Shown piece after piece: positions 41,397 through 50,221 of a DNA stretch of 64,000 nt. Source of the DNA: an uncultured Geobacter sp. (GTDB taxonomy: Bacteria > Desulfobacterota > Desulfuromonadia > Geobacterales > Geobacteraceae); assembly GCA_964490805.1 (NCBI GenBank), contig CAZBEB010000008.1, positions 90,512 through 154,511 of the forward strand, written 5' to 3'. Positions within the stretch are counted from its first letter, which is position 1, and each line of letters begins with the position of its first letter. A program made the position numbers and the translations under genes. The notes below the pieces were generated by a model that worked only from the letters and a program-made list of their open reading frames with translations, had not been told where the DNA came from and ran no database searches.

Positions 41397-43679
41397 TTAT
41401 GCCGCCCGGAACCGGGGCGAAAGCGCCTGGAGTTCGGGCAGGATTTTCCGGGCAATCTCCCGGGCGGTGTCGGTGGTTTCGTTGCCGCCCTGGATGGTGA
41501 CGTTTATGCCGCCATCAATGCGGATAACGGTCCCGTCGGCAGAGCGGGCGGATTCTTGGCGGGTTTTGACTTCCTCCCCCTGATGTAGTTGATACAAGCC
41601 GGTGCGGGGGACGTAGCGGGTGCCGATGGCGTATGAATAGCTATAGGAACCAAAGGGAGCATTTGGGTCGGCAAAGCTTGTGCCGCTATCGGCAAGGGTA
41701 CCGTCAGCCCAGTAGGTCTGCCCATTGTAGATATAGTAATCGCCATAGTCCTTGAAATACGGAGCCTGCTCGCTGTACCCGGCCTGTCGGGTCGTACCTC
41801 TCGTGAGTGCCTCCAACTGATAGAGCTGTTCAATTCCCCGCGCCTCAAAGTTCACCGTCACGGTCTGACCATTTAGGTTGCGGAGCATGGTGTCGAGGTC
41901 CTTGATCTTGCGCTCATACTGCTCCGCTCGATCCATGGCAGCCCGGTGGGCGGTTTCCAAAGTTGATTTTTCCTGCTCAACCATGGATATCTTTTCGCGG
42001 TAGGCCGTTTCAGTGGCTTCGCGCAAGCGCTCCATAGCCACTTGTGATTCTTCAATCACTTCGGCCTGTGTCACTATAACGTCACTTCCTACTTTCACTT
42101 CGTCGGTCAGGGCGGCGTACTTCTTGATAAGCTCTACCGTACCCCGCTCCCGGTCGGCAGGATCAGAAATTTCAGCCAGCTTTGCCTCTTCTGCCTGGAG
42201 CTTCTGAACAACGGCCTGGTATCGGTCATAAGCATCAAGATTCGGATCTAGCTGCACGCTCAGCTTCGAGGCCCGCTCTTTCTCGATTTCGGCGATCTGC
42301 TCCCGGAACGATTTTAGCCCGTTTTGCAACGCTTGTAACTCTTGGCTCTTGGCGCGGATCGTCTCCATGACTTTGGAGGCATAGGCCTTTTCGCCATCCA
42401 GGAGGGTTTTCCACCGATCCTTTTCGACCTCGATTATCTCTTTAGCCCTGTCCTTGTACCGTGTCGCGTTAGTAGCCGCATCGTTGGTGGTGGCGGCCAT
42501 CTTCTGCACGGCGCCGGCGGAAGCAGTGATTTTGCCGGTGAGGATATCGGATACGGTCCCCAGATCCCCAAGGCCTTTATCCTTCAAGTCTTTGGCGGCA
42601 GCAAAAGCGGCATCGGCATTCAGCCGCCATTCGTCCATGGCGGCCTTACGCCCGAGCATGAAATTTACCCCTTCGATAACCTTGAAGATCGCGCCGGACA
42701 GATAGAGAGCACCGGCAGCGGTCAGATTGATAACTCCATACACTGCCGTCAGCGCTGCCAGAAGTCCACGGCCCACCGTCTCCCGCAGGTTTTTCATGCG
42801 GGCCTCAAAGCGCTGCATCTTTTCGGCGGTGGTGTCAGCAGTGACCCCCACCCTCTTTATGATCTCATCCCCGGCCTTGAGAGTAGCATTCATGAACGCT
42901 TGCTTCTTCTCCGCGTCGGTCAGTTGATCGGCGCTCTTGCCGAGGGTGGAGGCGTACTCTTTGTATGCCCTTTCCTCCTGAACGATGATGCCGAGGTTAT
43001 CGAGGATCATTTTGCTACCCCTGCCCACGGCAAGGGCAATGTCATCGAAGGATTTAGAGACGCTTTGGCCGGTAACACGGGACGATGCTCTAGCGATCTC
43101 CATCAGCCGGGATAATTTGTCGGCAGGGATACCGAGGAGCATGGCCGTACCGGCCTTTTCAATAAGGTCTTTAGTGGCAATGGTTTCGCCGGAGACCCGT
43201 TTGAGGCTCTCCACGATTTGGTCAGCCGCAAAACCATGGGATGCAGCCAAGTTGGCGAAGGATTGTCGCTGCTGCATTCCTTCGGCGGCCTGCATGGCGA
43301 GGTCCCATCCCTGGGAGATAGCTACCCATGCCGCACCGATTGCAGCCGCAGCGGAAAGCCAGTTGGCCTTGAACTTCTCAACAAGGCCGGTACGTTTGCC
43401 GAATTGGTCGGTATCGATCTGAACAAGCTTATCCGCCAACGCCTTTTCTGCCCGCGCAAGCTCATCCTGGGTGGCCATGCCGGATGTCTTGATCTGGTCG
43501 TATGCCATTTCCGCAGCCTTACGCTTGTTTTCGAAGGTGGTGGTGGAGACCATGCCGAGTTGGTCGAAATCGCGCTGTAGGATACTGGCGGTTTGTTGGC
43601 CAGTGCGCTGCAACCTTTTAATCTCTTCTTCGGCCTTGGCTGCACTGGCGGATATGAGGAATCTAACGTCCTTCGCCAT
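41397..43679 (-). CDS. phage tail tape measure protein
   Basis: The 760-aa protein is Ala/Glu/Lys-rich and helical in composition. It lies directly downstream of the overlapping chaperone ORF pair, the canonical position. Confidence 0.85.
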   Translation of the reverse strand: MAKDVRFLISASAAKAEEEIKRLQRTGQQTASILQRDFDQLGMVSTTTFENKRKAAEMAYDQIKTSGMATQDELARAEKALADKLVQIDTDQFGKRTGLVEKFKANWLSAAAAIGAAWVAISQGWDLAMQAAEGMQQRQSFANLAASHGFAADQIVESLKRVSGETIATKDLIEKAGTAMLLGIPADKLSRLMEIARASSRVTGQSVSKSFDDIALAVGRGSKMILDNLGIIVQEERAYKEYASTLGKSADQLTDAEKKQAFMNATLKAGDEIIKRVGVTADTTAEKMQRFEARMKNLRETVGRGLLAALTAVYGVINLTAAGALYLSGAIFKVIEGVNFMLGRKAAMDEWRLNADAAFAAAKDLKDKGLGDLGTVSDILTGKITASAGAVQKMAATTNDAATNATRYKDRAKEIIEVEKDRWKTLLDGEKAYASKVMETIRAKSQELQALQNGLKSFREQIAEIEKERASKLSVQLDPNLDAYDRYQAVVQKLQAEEAKLAEISDPADRERGTVELIKKYAALTDEVKVGSDVIVTQAEVIEESQVAMERLREATETAYREKISMVEQEKSTLETAHRAAMDRAEQYERKIKDLDTMLRNLNGQTVTVNFEARGIEQLYQLEALTRGTTRQAGYSEQAPYFKDYGDYYIYNGQTYWADGTLADSGTSFADPNAPFGSYSYSYAIGTRYVPRTGLYQLHQGEEVKTRQESARSADGTVIRIDGGINVTIQGGNETTDTAREIARKILPELQALSPRFRAA

Positions 43680-44339
43680 CGGGTTTGTTCTCCTTCACGA
43701 CATCCTCAATAAGTGCAATGAGTTCCAGATCTTCAAGAGTGGCGTCGAACATTTGACAGACGGTACCGGCGTCCACCGTGGGATGGAGCCTCACCAGGAG
43801 TCCCCGCAGCTCCAGCGCCCGACGGCCGGCCGGTAGAAGCGGGGGTATCAGGCATTCCCGCCCGGTCTCGCAATCGGGAGTTACTCCGTCGGTATCGAAT
43901 GCCTCCCTGCATGCCTCGCAGCTTACTCCGGGGTAGTCCCTGACAGCGGCGAGGTGGTCGAGGAGTTTTTTCTTTCCGCCTCCTTTTCTGCCGCCAGCAT
44001 CCGTTCCAGCGACAGCGGAGCGTCCATGACGAGGATCCGGAACTCGGTACACTCTTCGACCAGGTAGTCGATGTTTTCCGGGATGCAAGGGAATGGCTCT
44101 CCGCCGTCAGTAACTCCGCGCCAATCAAGGACCACTGCACGGGCCAGAAGGGAACGGAACATCTGCTCGTCTCGCTCTTCGCGCCGTTGGCGGGTCACAG
44201 GGTCTACCTTCACTTCGGTGGCTTGCTTCGAGATGGCGTCAAACTCCCGCTGGGAGACGTGCCTGGCGAGAACTTCAACCCCATCCATCATAGGTAGCCA
44301 TACTTTTAAATCGTTGTTCTTAAGCCTGCGGACATCCAT
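43663..44339 (-). CDS. tail assembly chaperone GT-like fusion (about 225 aa) produced by -1 programmed frameshift
   Basis: The G frame (codons ending ...GAA AGA AAA AAC) can slip to the -1 frame (...AAG AAA AAA CTC). That frame stays open to 43663 and overlaps the tape measure start codon. Confidence 0.55.
43923..44339 (-). CDS. tail assembly chaperone, G-like (138 aa)
   Basis: It lies between the putative tube gene and the tape measure. Its 3' end overlaps a second ORF in the -1 frame. Confidence 0.7.
   Translation of the reverse strand: MDVRRLKNNDLKVWLPMMDGVEVLARHVSQREFDAISKQATEVKVDPVTRQRREERDEQMFRSLLARAVVLDWRGVTDGGEPFPCIPENIDYLVEECTEFRILVMDAPLSLERMLAAEKEAERKNSSTTSPLSGTTPE
43965..43971 (-). 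other. slippery heptamer A_AAA_AAC for the G/GT -1 frameshift
   Basis: The minus strand reads A AAA AAC, phased X_XXY_YYZ in the G frame. It lies 13 codons before the G stop codon. Confidence 0.55.
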
Positions 44340-44379
44340 TGATTACTCCTTATCGCTTCGTTTTTCCCGGTCCTTGATT

Positions 44380-45438
44380 TTACGCCAGCGGATTGGCGCT
44401 GCGCTTATTGGTGCCGCTCAGCCAAAACGGATCGGTGATGCCGGTCATGCCCGCAGGGGCAGCGACGGCAGGTAGTACCAAAAATTCCACAGGCTCTTTG
44501 ATGATGCCGGCCTCGTCAACGACATCAACGCTCTTCATCATCAGGTGCGGCATCTGGATCTTGAAAGACCGGTAGGCGGTGCCACCGATGAGCTGGCCAG
44601 TAAAGGTGATGTCCATCTTCTTACGGACATCATTGCCAAGATCGTTCAGCCGCGTGACCGAGGCGTGCCGGGGGAACTGGAGCTTAAGGGTGATTTCGGG
44701 GCTGCCGTCGTTGGTGGGCTCGTCAATAACATCCTGGGCATTGCCTGCGAAGGCCGTTTTGTACTGCCCATATACCCCGGCAAGCTTCCGCTTGGCGGTA
44801 AGCTCGAAAGAGCTTGGAGCGATAGCATCACCCTCAGCAAGGGCGATGCTTCCCTGATCGTTCATCCTGAACACACCTTGGCCGAAGTTTACCCGGTTGC
44901 CGGTTTCGGGGATGGTGACGGAATTGAATGTGACAGTGGTGTTGGTGGTTGAGTTGGTGACTACGTCGTTGCCGATGCAGTTGGCAATGAGTTGCAAAGG
45001 CTTGCCCACTTCGCCTTTCAAGGTAATGCCGGTCACCTTCATTGACGGGGTTTCTGCGATGTAGTTCTTCATGTGCTTGGCGAAGGTGGCAAACAGCCCA
45101 TCGGTGTTCACGGCCCACTTGTAAATGTAATCGTAGGCGGAGGCAAATCCGACGTTTACGGTAGGCGCTCCGGCGATCCCCATAAAGAGGGCCAACAGCA
45201 GATCGCAACCGTCATAGCGCAGATAGAGGGGAATATCGCCCTCGACCTTGACGGCTCCGGGGGTGGCTCCGGCGATAAAAAATTGCCCCAAGGAATCGTC
45301 AATCTCTACGGCGGCATCGCGTTTGATGCCGGTAGCCAGCGAGAGAAAGCCGTCGTTGACTCCGCACGCTACCGGCGTGTTCCAGGTGAGCGCCTTTTTG
45401 AGGGCGAATTTAAGTTCACTTCCTGCTACTCCGAGCAT
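44380..45438 (-). CDS. putative major tail (tube) protein
   Basis: The call rests on position only, immediately upstream of G/GT and the tape measure. An AAGGAG site lies before the next gene. I recognise no motif. Confidence 0.5.
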   Translation of the reverse strand: MLGVAGSELKFALKKALTWNTPVACGVNDGFLSLATGIKRDAAVEIDDSLGQFFIAGATPGAVKVEGDIPLYLRYDGCDLLLALFMGIAGAPTVNVGFASAYDYIYKWAVNTDGLFATFAKHMKNYIAETPSMKVTGITLKGEVGKPLQLIANCIGNDVVTNSTTNTTVTFNSVTIPETGNRVNFGQGVFRMNDQGSIALAEGDAIAPSSFELTAKRKLAGVYGQYKTAFAGNAQDVIDEPTNDGSPEITLKLQFPRHASVTRLNDLGNDVRKKMDITFTGQLIGGTAYRSFKIQMPHLMMKSVDVVDEAGIIKEPVEFLVLPAVAAPAGMTGITDPFWLSGTNKRSANPLA

Positions 45439-45635
45439 TATTTAGTCCCTCCCTTTTGTCGTTTCGGTTCGGGCGGCTGTTCCCAGGGAGCGAGCCAATC
45501 AGGAGAGGGGCGCTCGAAGAGCTTTCCGGACCAGTCACGCTCCTCCATGGAATACTCTTGGCCCTCCACAATTTCGGCACGTAGGCCGGGGTGATAGCCG
45601 GCGGTGATTTTTGCTTTGACGGTGATGGTCGCCAT
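45438..45635 (-). CDS. hypothetical phage protein (65 aa)
   Basis: It joins the tube gene through a TAATG overlap. Confidence 0.45.
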   Translation of the reverse strand: MATITVKAKITAGYHPGLRAEIVEGQEYSMEERDWSGKLFERPSPDWLAPWEQPPEPKRQKGGTK

Positions 45636-45646
45636 TTGCGGCTCCT

Positions 45647-45871
45647 TTACTTGTTGTTGCAGCGTTCGGCCGCTTCCAGCAGCGTGGCGGCTGCGGAGTC
45701 GGTAAAGAGCCAGCCATCAAAAGGGGCGGGCTCACCTTGCTTGAGTTTTGCCGTCCGGGCTTCGTTCAGCACTATGGTCTGCTTCGGCCCGGAGCAAGCG
45801 GTCAATGCGGGTGGAAACAGCATCGGTATTGCCATTAACCAGATCATTCCGCCCTTGCTGTATTGCCGCAT
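45647..45871 (-). CDS. o-spanin-like outer membrane lipoprotein (Rz1/LysC type)
   Basis: The signal peptide MRQYSKGGMIWLMAIPMLFPPA is followed by the lipobox LTAC. The gene starts inside the preceding gene in another frame and extends beyond it. Confidence 0.65.
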   Translation of the reverse strand: MRQYSKGGMIWLMAIPMLFPPALTACSGPKQTIVLNEARTAKLKQGEPAPFDGWLFTDSAAATLLEAAERCNNK

Positions 45872-45983
45872 CGCCTGCCTCCTGTGCTCGTTTTGCCTTC
45901 GCTTCGACGGAGTAGTAATCGCGGAGCCAGAGGGAGATAATCCCCCCGAGACCCGCTATTATCTGGAGGATGGCGGCTGTCAC
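45732..45983 (-). CDS. i-spanin-like protein (Rz/LysB type)
   Basis: An N-terminal TM helix (AAILQIIAGLGGIISLWL) is followed by a charged helical periplasmic part. The lipoprotein gene overlaps it. Confidence 0.6.
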   Translation of the reverse strand: MTAAILQIIAGLGGIISLWLRDYYSVEAKAKRAQEAGDAAIQQGRNDLVNGNTDAVSTRIDRLLRAEADHSAERSPDGKTQAR

Positions 45984-46153
45984 TTGGCAGTGTCGGCGGT
46001 AAATACGGCCACAAGCCCACCGATGGCGGCGCCGGCGGTGGCAATGGCTTCGGTCTGCTCAGGCGTCAGGGCAATGCCTGCCGCTGTAACGACTGCGATA
46101 ATACCGAGCCAGGTGGAACGCTCTTTAAGGCGAGAAGTCAGAAATTTAAGCAT
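45980..46153 (-). CDS. small two-TM membrane protein (holin/antiholin candidate), 57 aa
   Basis: The start is set at an ATG preceded by AAGGAG. The sequence is MLKFLTSRLKERSTWLGIIAVVTAAGIALTPEQTEAIATAGAAIGGLVAVFTADTAK. It has an ATGA overlap with the next gene. Confidence 0.5.
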   Translation of the reverse strand: MLKFLTSRLKERSTWLGIIAVVTAAGIALTPEQTEAIATAGAAIGGLVAVFTADTAK

Positions 46154-46178
46154 CGAGTGGATCTCCTTTATTTTTGGT

Positions 46179-46742
46179 TTATGCGGCGGTCCGTGCGTCC
46201 ACGAGGATGGTTTCCAGCCGCACGGCATAGCGGGCGATTCTGTCGGCACAGTCAATCCCGTTGATGATGCGGCGGGCGTTGACGTAATCGGTGCTGTGAT
46301 CGTTCAAATACTGGCTGAGGCGGCGCCCGGTAAACGAGCCGTTGCGCATGCCATAGCTCATGATCTGGTAGGCGACGCCCGGCTGCATGACCAGCTCGGG
46401 CTCGTGCAGGAAGTCGAGCCCGAATACTTTGCCCATGGCTTCGTAGTTGGCCCGCCAGGTGAGTTGCACGTATCCCCGGCCATAATAGACCTTACCGGTG
46501 TCCGGATCGGGCAGCCCGTAGGGGCGACCGACTCCGTGACTGTATTCGGCAATCGGCTGCATGGTCCTCGCTGTTTCGTGATAAACGGTAGCCAGCATGT
46601 ATGCGGCCCAACGAATATCAGTGATGCGGATATCCGCCTCAATATTCCCGATAATCGATTCGAGGCCATCCACCTGGGATTGGGAGAGCTTGCCAAATGC
46701 CGCCCGGAATCCCTTGAAAAACTTTGCGCGGTCGAACATCAT
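46179..46742 (-). CDS. endolysin, glycoside hydrolase family 19 (chitinase-like)
   Basis: The start is set at MMFDRAKF, which follows an AGGAG site. YYGRGYVQLTWRANY matches the GH19 GRGxxQL(T/S)xxxNY region, and there is an upstream YHET acid residue context. Confidence 0.8.
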   Translation of the reverse strand: MMFDRAKFFKGFRAAFGKLSQSQVDGLESIIGNIEADIRITDIRWAAYMLATVYHETARTMQPIAEYSHGVGRPYGLPDPDTGKVYYGRGYVQLTWRANYEAMGKVFGLDFLHEPELVMQPGVAYQIMSYGMRNGSFTGRRLSQYLNDHSTDYVNARRIINGIDCADRIARYAVRLETILVDARTAA

Positions 46743-46827
46743 TTTTGAGGCTCCTGGTGGGGGCAGTGTTTGCATTCTCTTCCACGGCCATGATGGCCGT
46801 ATTCGCGCCAAACGGGGCAGTACCAGC

Positions 46828-47157
46828 TCATCGGTTCGGCCGCTCCGTCGGGTCGTAGTAGCGCCGGCCTCCTGCGTGGCGCTCCTCGCATAGCCGGTCA
46901 GCGGTTTGTTGGGCCGCCTCGATGTGGCGCATTCGGCTGAATAGCTCACTCTGGTTTTTTATCAGCCAGAGAGCAATGCCGGTCAGGACGGTGTTCAAAG
47001 CTGCCACAAGCACGCCGATGATCTGCCACATGGCGTCCGCGTGTTCGCCCATGCTGGCGGTGTCTCCCGCCTGGAGTTTAACCGTGGTTGCCGATACCAA
47101 CAGGGCTGAGGCTACGGTAATGACAAAAGCAAAACGGTGGCGCGGCAATGACGGCAT
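46828..47157 (-). CDS. two-TM membrane protein (holin candidate)
   Basis: TM helices FAFVITVASALLVSATTV and WQIIGVLVAALNTVLTGIALWLI are followed by a charged C-terminal tail. It lies directly upstream of the endolysin. Confidence 0.5.
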   Translation of the reverse strand: MPSLPRHRFAFVITVASALLVSATTVKLQAGDTASMGEHADAMWQIIGVLVAALNTVLTGIALWLIKNQSELFSRMRHIEAAQQTADRLCEERHAGGRRYYDPTERPNR

Positions 47158-47615
47158 TACATTTCTCCCCAGGGCGTGACATAGAACAGCGTGAATTCAG
47201 CGGAGACGTAACTCCAGTACGAGTCCGCTCCGGCATTAACCTGGGCTGCGGATTTATATCCCTGTAACTCTTCTACGGTGCCGCCGAAGTCTCCGGCGGC
47301 GGTGATTGCCTTGCGGAGATCTTCTTTGAGGCGTTGTCCCTGGATGCCACGTTCATCATCCAGGATGTATGCTTCGATCCGGACGGGTAGAAAATTGTTC
47401 TGCTCCCCCAGGCACGCCGGCGTGTCTCCGTCGTAGCCGCTGGACAGCTCTCCGGGGAAATAGATGATGCATGGGTAGAGATTTGCTTCCGGTGCCTGTT
47501 CGTATTCGAGGTTTTTGAATACGTGTGTCCCGGCGTCGGTTTGGTAGCCATTGCCGATCAGGACTCCCCGCAGACCGGTTTCAAGGACGTTGAGGATGTT
47601 CAGTTCGGTACTCAT
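47157..47615 (-). CDS. phage head-tail joining / tail completion protein (by position)
   Basis: The 152-aa gene lies in a tightly coupled string after the capsid gene and joins the next gene through a TAATG overlap. Confidence 0.45.
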   Translation of the reverse strand: MSTELNILNVLETGLRGVLIGNGYQTDAGTHVFKNLEYEQAPEANLYPCIIYFPGELSSGYDGDTPACLGEQNNFLPVRIEAYILDDERGIQGQRLKEDLRKAITAAGDFGGTVEELQGYKSAAQVNAGADSYWSYVSAEFTLFYVTPWGEM

Positions 47616-47920
47616 GGGGCCTTCCTGAGAAGTAATTTCACAAAGCCGCTGCCGTCCTGCTCCGGCAGGGGGCGGGACGTGTAGTTGAGGCCATCGACTG
47701 TGTAGGTGTATTTTGCCGACCGGTCCAGGGTGGCATAGACCGCGGCATCAATTTGCAATGTCAGCACGGAGGAGCCGAGCTCCGCCTCGCCCGGGGACGA
47801 TACGACCACTTCAAATTGTGTAATCCCCCTTATGGTATCAACCAGCGCTCCGTTGAGCCTGACCGGGATATCCCGGCCGAATTCCTCGAGCAGCAGCGCC
47901 CGGTCCTCCGTGGTGAACAT
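47612..47920 (-). CDS. phage head-tail adaptor-like protein (by position)
   Basis: The 102-aa gene has ATGA coupling to the downstream gene. Confidence 0.45.
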   Translation of the reverse strand: MFTTEDRALLLEEFGRDIPVRLNGALVDTIRGITQFEVVVSSPGEAELGSSVLTLQIDAAVYATLDRSAKYTYTVDGLNYTSRPLPEQDGSGFVKLLLRKAP

Positions 47921-47923
47921 TGG

Positions 47924-48154
47924 TTATTGCTCCGCTTTCTTGGCTGCGGCTGCGGCCTTTTTGCGCTCAGCCCTAAGGGAGCGCTCGCACTCTTCGGCGC
48001 GGCCTGCGGCCACAAGGTAGCGGGCATCATCTTCAGAGACATCCGCACCTTTGCCGACAAACAGGACATCTCCGGGGAAAACATCTTTGGAGCCGCCCCC
48101 TTGTGTGCCGACAATGGTCGGTTTCTTGATATCAATCGCTTCGATCGCTGCCAT
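47924..48154 (-). CDS. hypothetical phage protein (76 aa, Lys/Ala-rich tail)
   Basis: This is the first ORF after the capsid gene. A GGAGGAA site lies upstream of the ATG. Confidence 0.45.
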   Translation of the reverse strand: MAAIEAIDIKKPTIVGTQGGGSKDVFPGDVLFVGKGADVSEDDARYLVAAGRAEECERSLRAERKKAAAAAKKAEQ

Positions 48155-48186
48155 GGTTTTATTCCTCCGGATTGAGTTAAAGTTGC

Positions 48187-48209
48187 AGGGGCGAGAAACC
48201 CTCGCCCCT
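48187..48209 (-). terminator. stem-loop immediately downstream of the capsid gene (possible partial terminator / RNA stabiliser)
   Basis: AGGGGCGAG-aaacc-CTCGCCCCT forms a 9-bp stem. On the minus strand no clean T-run follows it. Confidence 0.4.
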
Positions 48210-48223
48210 TATTTGGTTGTGGA

Positions 48224-50221
48224 TTAGGCCGACTTGGCGTCTTTAATGGCCGCGAAGGACTGAGCCCTCAGGACCAGGACGTCCGCCAACAGGTTGGAGG
48301 TGATCTCCACCATCCCCTGCTTCTTGAGTCGATACGGGTCAACGATAAGCTCCAGGGCGCCGTACTCGCCAATGACGAGGTCGTTCCAGTTGCCGAACAG
48401 GATGGCGGAGAGGATGCCGTTACTAAGACCTTTGGTAAGGCCGGACGGAACCTGGGTGGTTGCCCCGGCCCGGTAGCCGTTCATTTCGCCGAAGCCGTTG
48501 GCGCCCTTTTCCCAGATCGGATCACCATTGGTGTTGGCGAACTTCTGTGTGGTCTTGAGCTTGCCGCGCATCGTCGGGTTGGTGAGATACCCGAGGGTGC
48601 CGAAATCGGCATTATCGACAGCCACGTCGGTTTCGAGCCCGACGATGTGCTCCCAGGTGGGAACGGCGCCGTCCGGATCGCCGCAAACGACAATGCCGAC
48701 GCCGGAGGTGTTGAGCACGCCGCGGGGCTCACTGCCGACGCCAGAACCGGAGATGGCTACCTTGTCGAGTCCCAAGGCGTTGACCCGGCCCAGGTCGTTG
48801 CGGAAGAACCCTTCGGCATCAAGGGAGGTTTGGGCCATGAAGGTGCGGGAGTAGGCGAGGGTTGCCATGGCCTGCTTCGGAGTGAGGCCGATGGAGCCGA
48901 AGTAGTTGGCAAGGTCGGTTTCGCCCACGTCGGTACCGCTGTTCTCAGCCACCCAGGAGAGCACCGCCGTAGCGAGCTGCTTCGGGAAGGTCACCGTGCC
49001 GGAGAGACCGGAGAGTACCTGTGCCCCCATGGCCCGCACAAGCATCTTCGCCCGCAGGATCTCTATCAGCGGTTGCAGGTAGGTTGGGACGGTGGCGCCA
49101 CCGGAAGCGGCGGTGAGGGTGGTAGCAGCCGTGGCGATAGGCGCCCGCAGCGACGTGGGAACGAAGAACCCCGAGGTGGAGCGGCCAAGCTTGCGGCCGA
49201 TCTCCTGGGAGACTTCCAGCTCGAAGGAGCTGCCGCCGTCCAGGGCGGTCATGCAGCCGCGCAGGACTGAATACTGTGCCGATTCACGCTCATTGAGGAC
49301 CACGTCCGCAGCCGAAGGGATGACGTTCTCGGGGTTGACGTTGAAGCGCTCCAGGATCGACCGGGAGAACTCGTTTACGTCCTTGCCGCTCTCGATGAAC
49401 TGACGCTCCAGGTCATCGAGGCCATCGACCCGGCCCCGGAACGGTGCTGCCATGGCTTGAATCTCCTGGATGCGCCTGCGCTCTGCCGCGCGCTCCTGGT
49501 CAGGGGAAAGGGTTACGACGGGGGCCTGCACACCGGCGGGGGTGTGGGAGCGCCCTTCGCAGGCCGGGCACTTGCCGTCTACCATTGCTGCACCACATTT
49601 CGGGCATTTCATGTCTGTACTACCTCCTTGATCGCGTTCGTTGGTGTCGTTGGTTACTGCGTATATTTCGATTTCGCGGGGCTCCGAATATTGCATTTTT
49701 GAGCGGCCTACCCCCACTGACGTGTCCGCCGGCATGGAGACAATGGAGATTTCGAGCGGTTCCCAGTCAATAGCCCTGAGCACGTCGGGCGCTCCATTCT
49801 TCCCTTCCTCTTCGAGCATGTACCGGTAAACGTCGTAGGCAAAGCTCACGTTCTGTCGGATCTCGTCCTTGACGTCCTGGAACACTTCCTCGCCCCGGGC
49901 GCTTTTGCTGAACCGGACGATCGCGCGTCCTTTCCGGGTCGCCTCGTCGATCCACGCCTTTTCCACGACGCCAACCTGATCGCCGCGATGATCGACCAGT
50001 ACCGGCCCGGCGGCGTTGATCCGATCAAGACGGACTTCGCCTGGAGCGTGCCCCAGGACTTCAATGCCGAACCAGCGGACCACATCGCGGGTTTCACTGG
50101 AGAACGAAATTTCCACAGTGCGGGCTTCCGCATTTATGGTTGAGCGGTCGAAGCGGAATTCGCGGACTTGCGGCCCCTGAGTCTTGACCGTCCTGGCAAG
50201 TTTTCTAAGCTGTGATGGCAA
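48224..50221 (-). CDS. prohead protease - zinc ribbon - HK97-type major capsid protein fusion (665 aa)
   Basis: The N-terminal ~175 aa resemble caudoviral prohead serine protease. The centre has CPKCGAAMVDGKCPAC. The C-terminal ~400 aa have an HK97-fold MCP character (...ATTLTAASGGATVPTYLQPLIEILR...). Confidence 0.75.
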   Translation of the reverse strand: MPSQLRKLARTVKTQGPQVREFRFDRSTINAEARTVEISFSSETRDVVRWFGIEVLGHAPGEVRLDRINAAGPVLVDHRGDQVGVVEKAWIDEATRKGRAIVRFSKSARGEEVFQDVKDEIRQNVSFAYDVYRYMLEEEGKNGAPDVLRAIDWEPLEISIVSMPADTSVGVGRSKMQYSEPREIEIYAVTNDTNERDQGGSTDMKCPKCGAAMVDGKCPACEGRSHTPAGVQAPVVTLSPDQERAAERRRIQEIQAMAAPFRGRVDGLDDLERQFIESGKDVNEFSRSILERFNVNPENVIPSAADVVLNERESAQYSVLRGCMTALDGGSSFELEVSQEIGRKLGRSTSGFFVPTSLRAPIATAATTLTAASGGATVPTYLQPLIEILRAKMLVRAMGAQVLSGLSGTVTFPKQLATAVLSWVAENSGTDVGETDLANYFGSIGLTPKQAMATLAYSRTFMAQTSLDAEGFFRNDLGRVNALGLDKVAISGSGVGSEPRGVLNTSGVGIVVCGDPDGAVPTWEHIVGLETDVAVDNADFGTLGYLTNPTMRGKLKTTQKFANTNGDPIWEKGANGFGEMNGYRAGATTQVPSGLTKGLSNGILSAILFGNWNDLVIGEYGALELIVDPYRLKKQGMVEITSNLLADVLVLRAQSFAAIKDAKSA

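Noticed and set aside
45591-46748. A 385-aa plus-strand ORF runs across the lysis cassette. Similar plus-strand ORFs occur at 42342-43115, 53290-54132 and 61434-62474.
   Set aside because: They are antisense to coupled phage genes that have good start sites and recognisable motifs (GH19, tape measure, terminase, gpZ-like). Their composition is typical of shadow frames.
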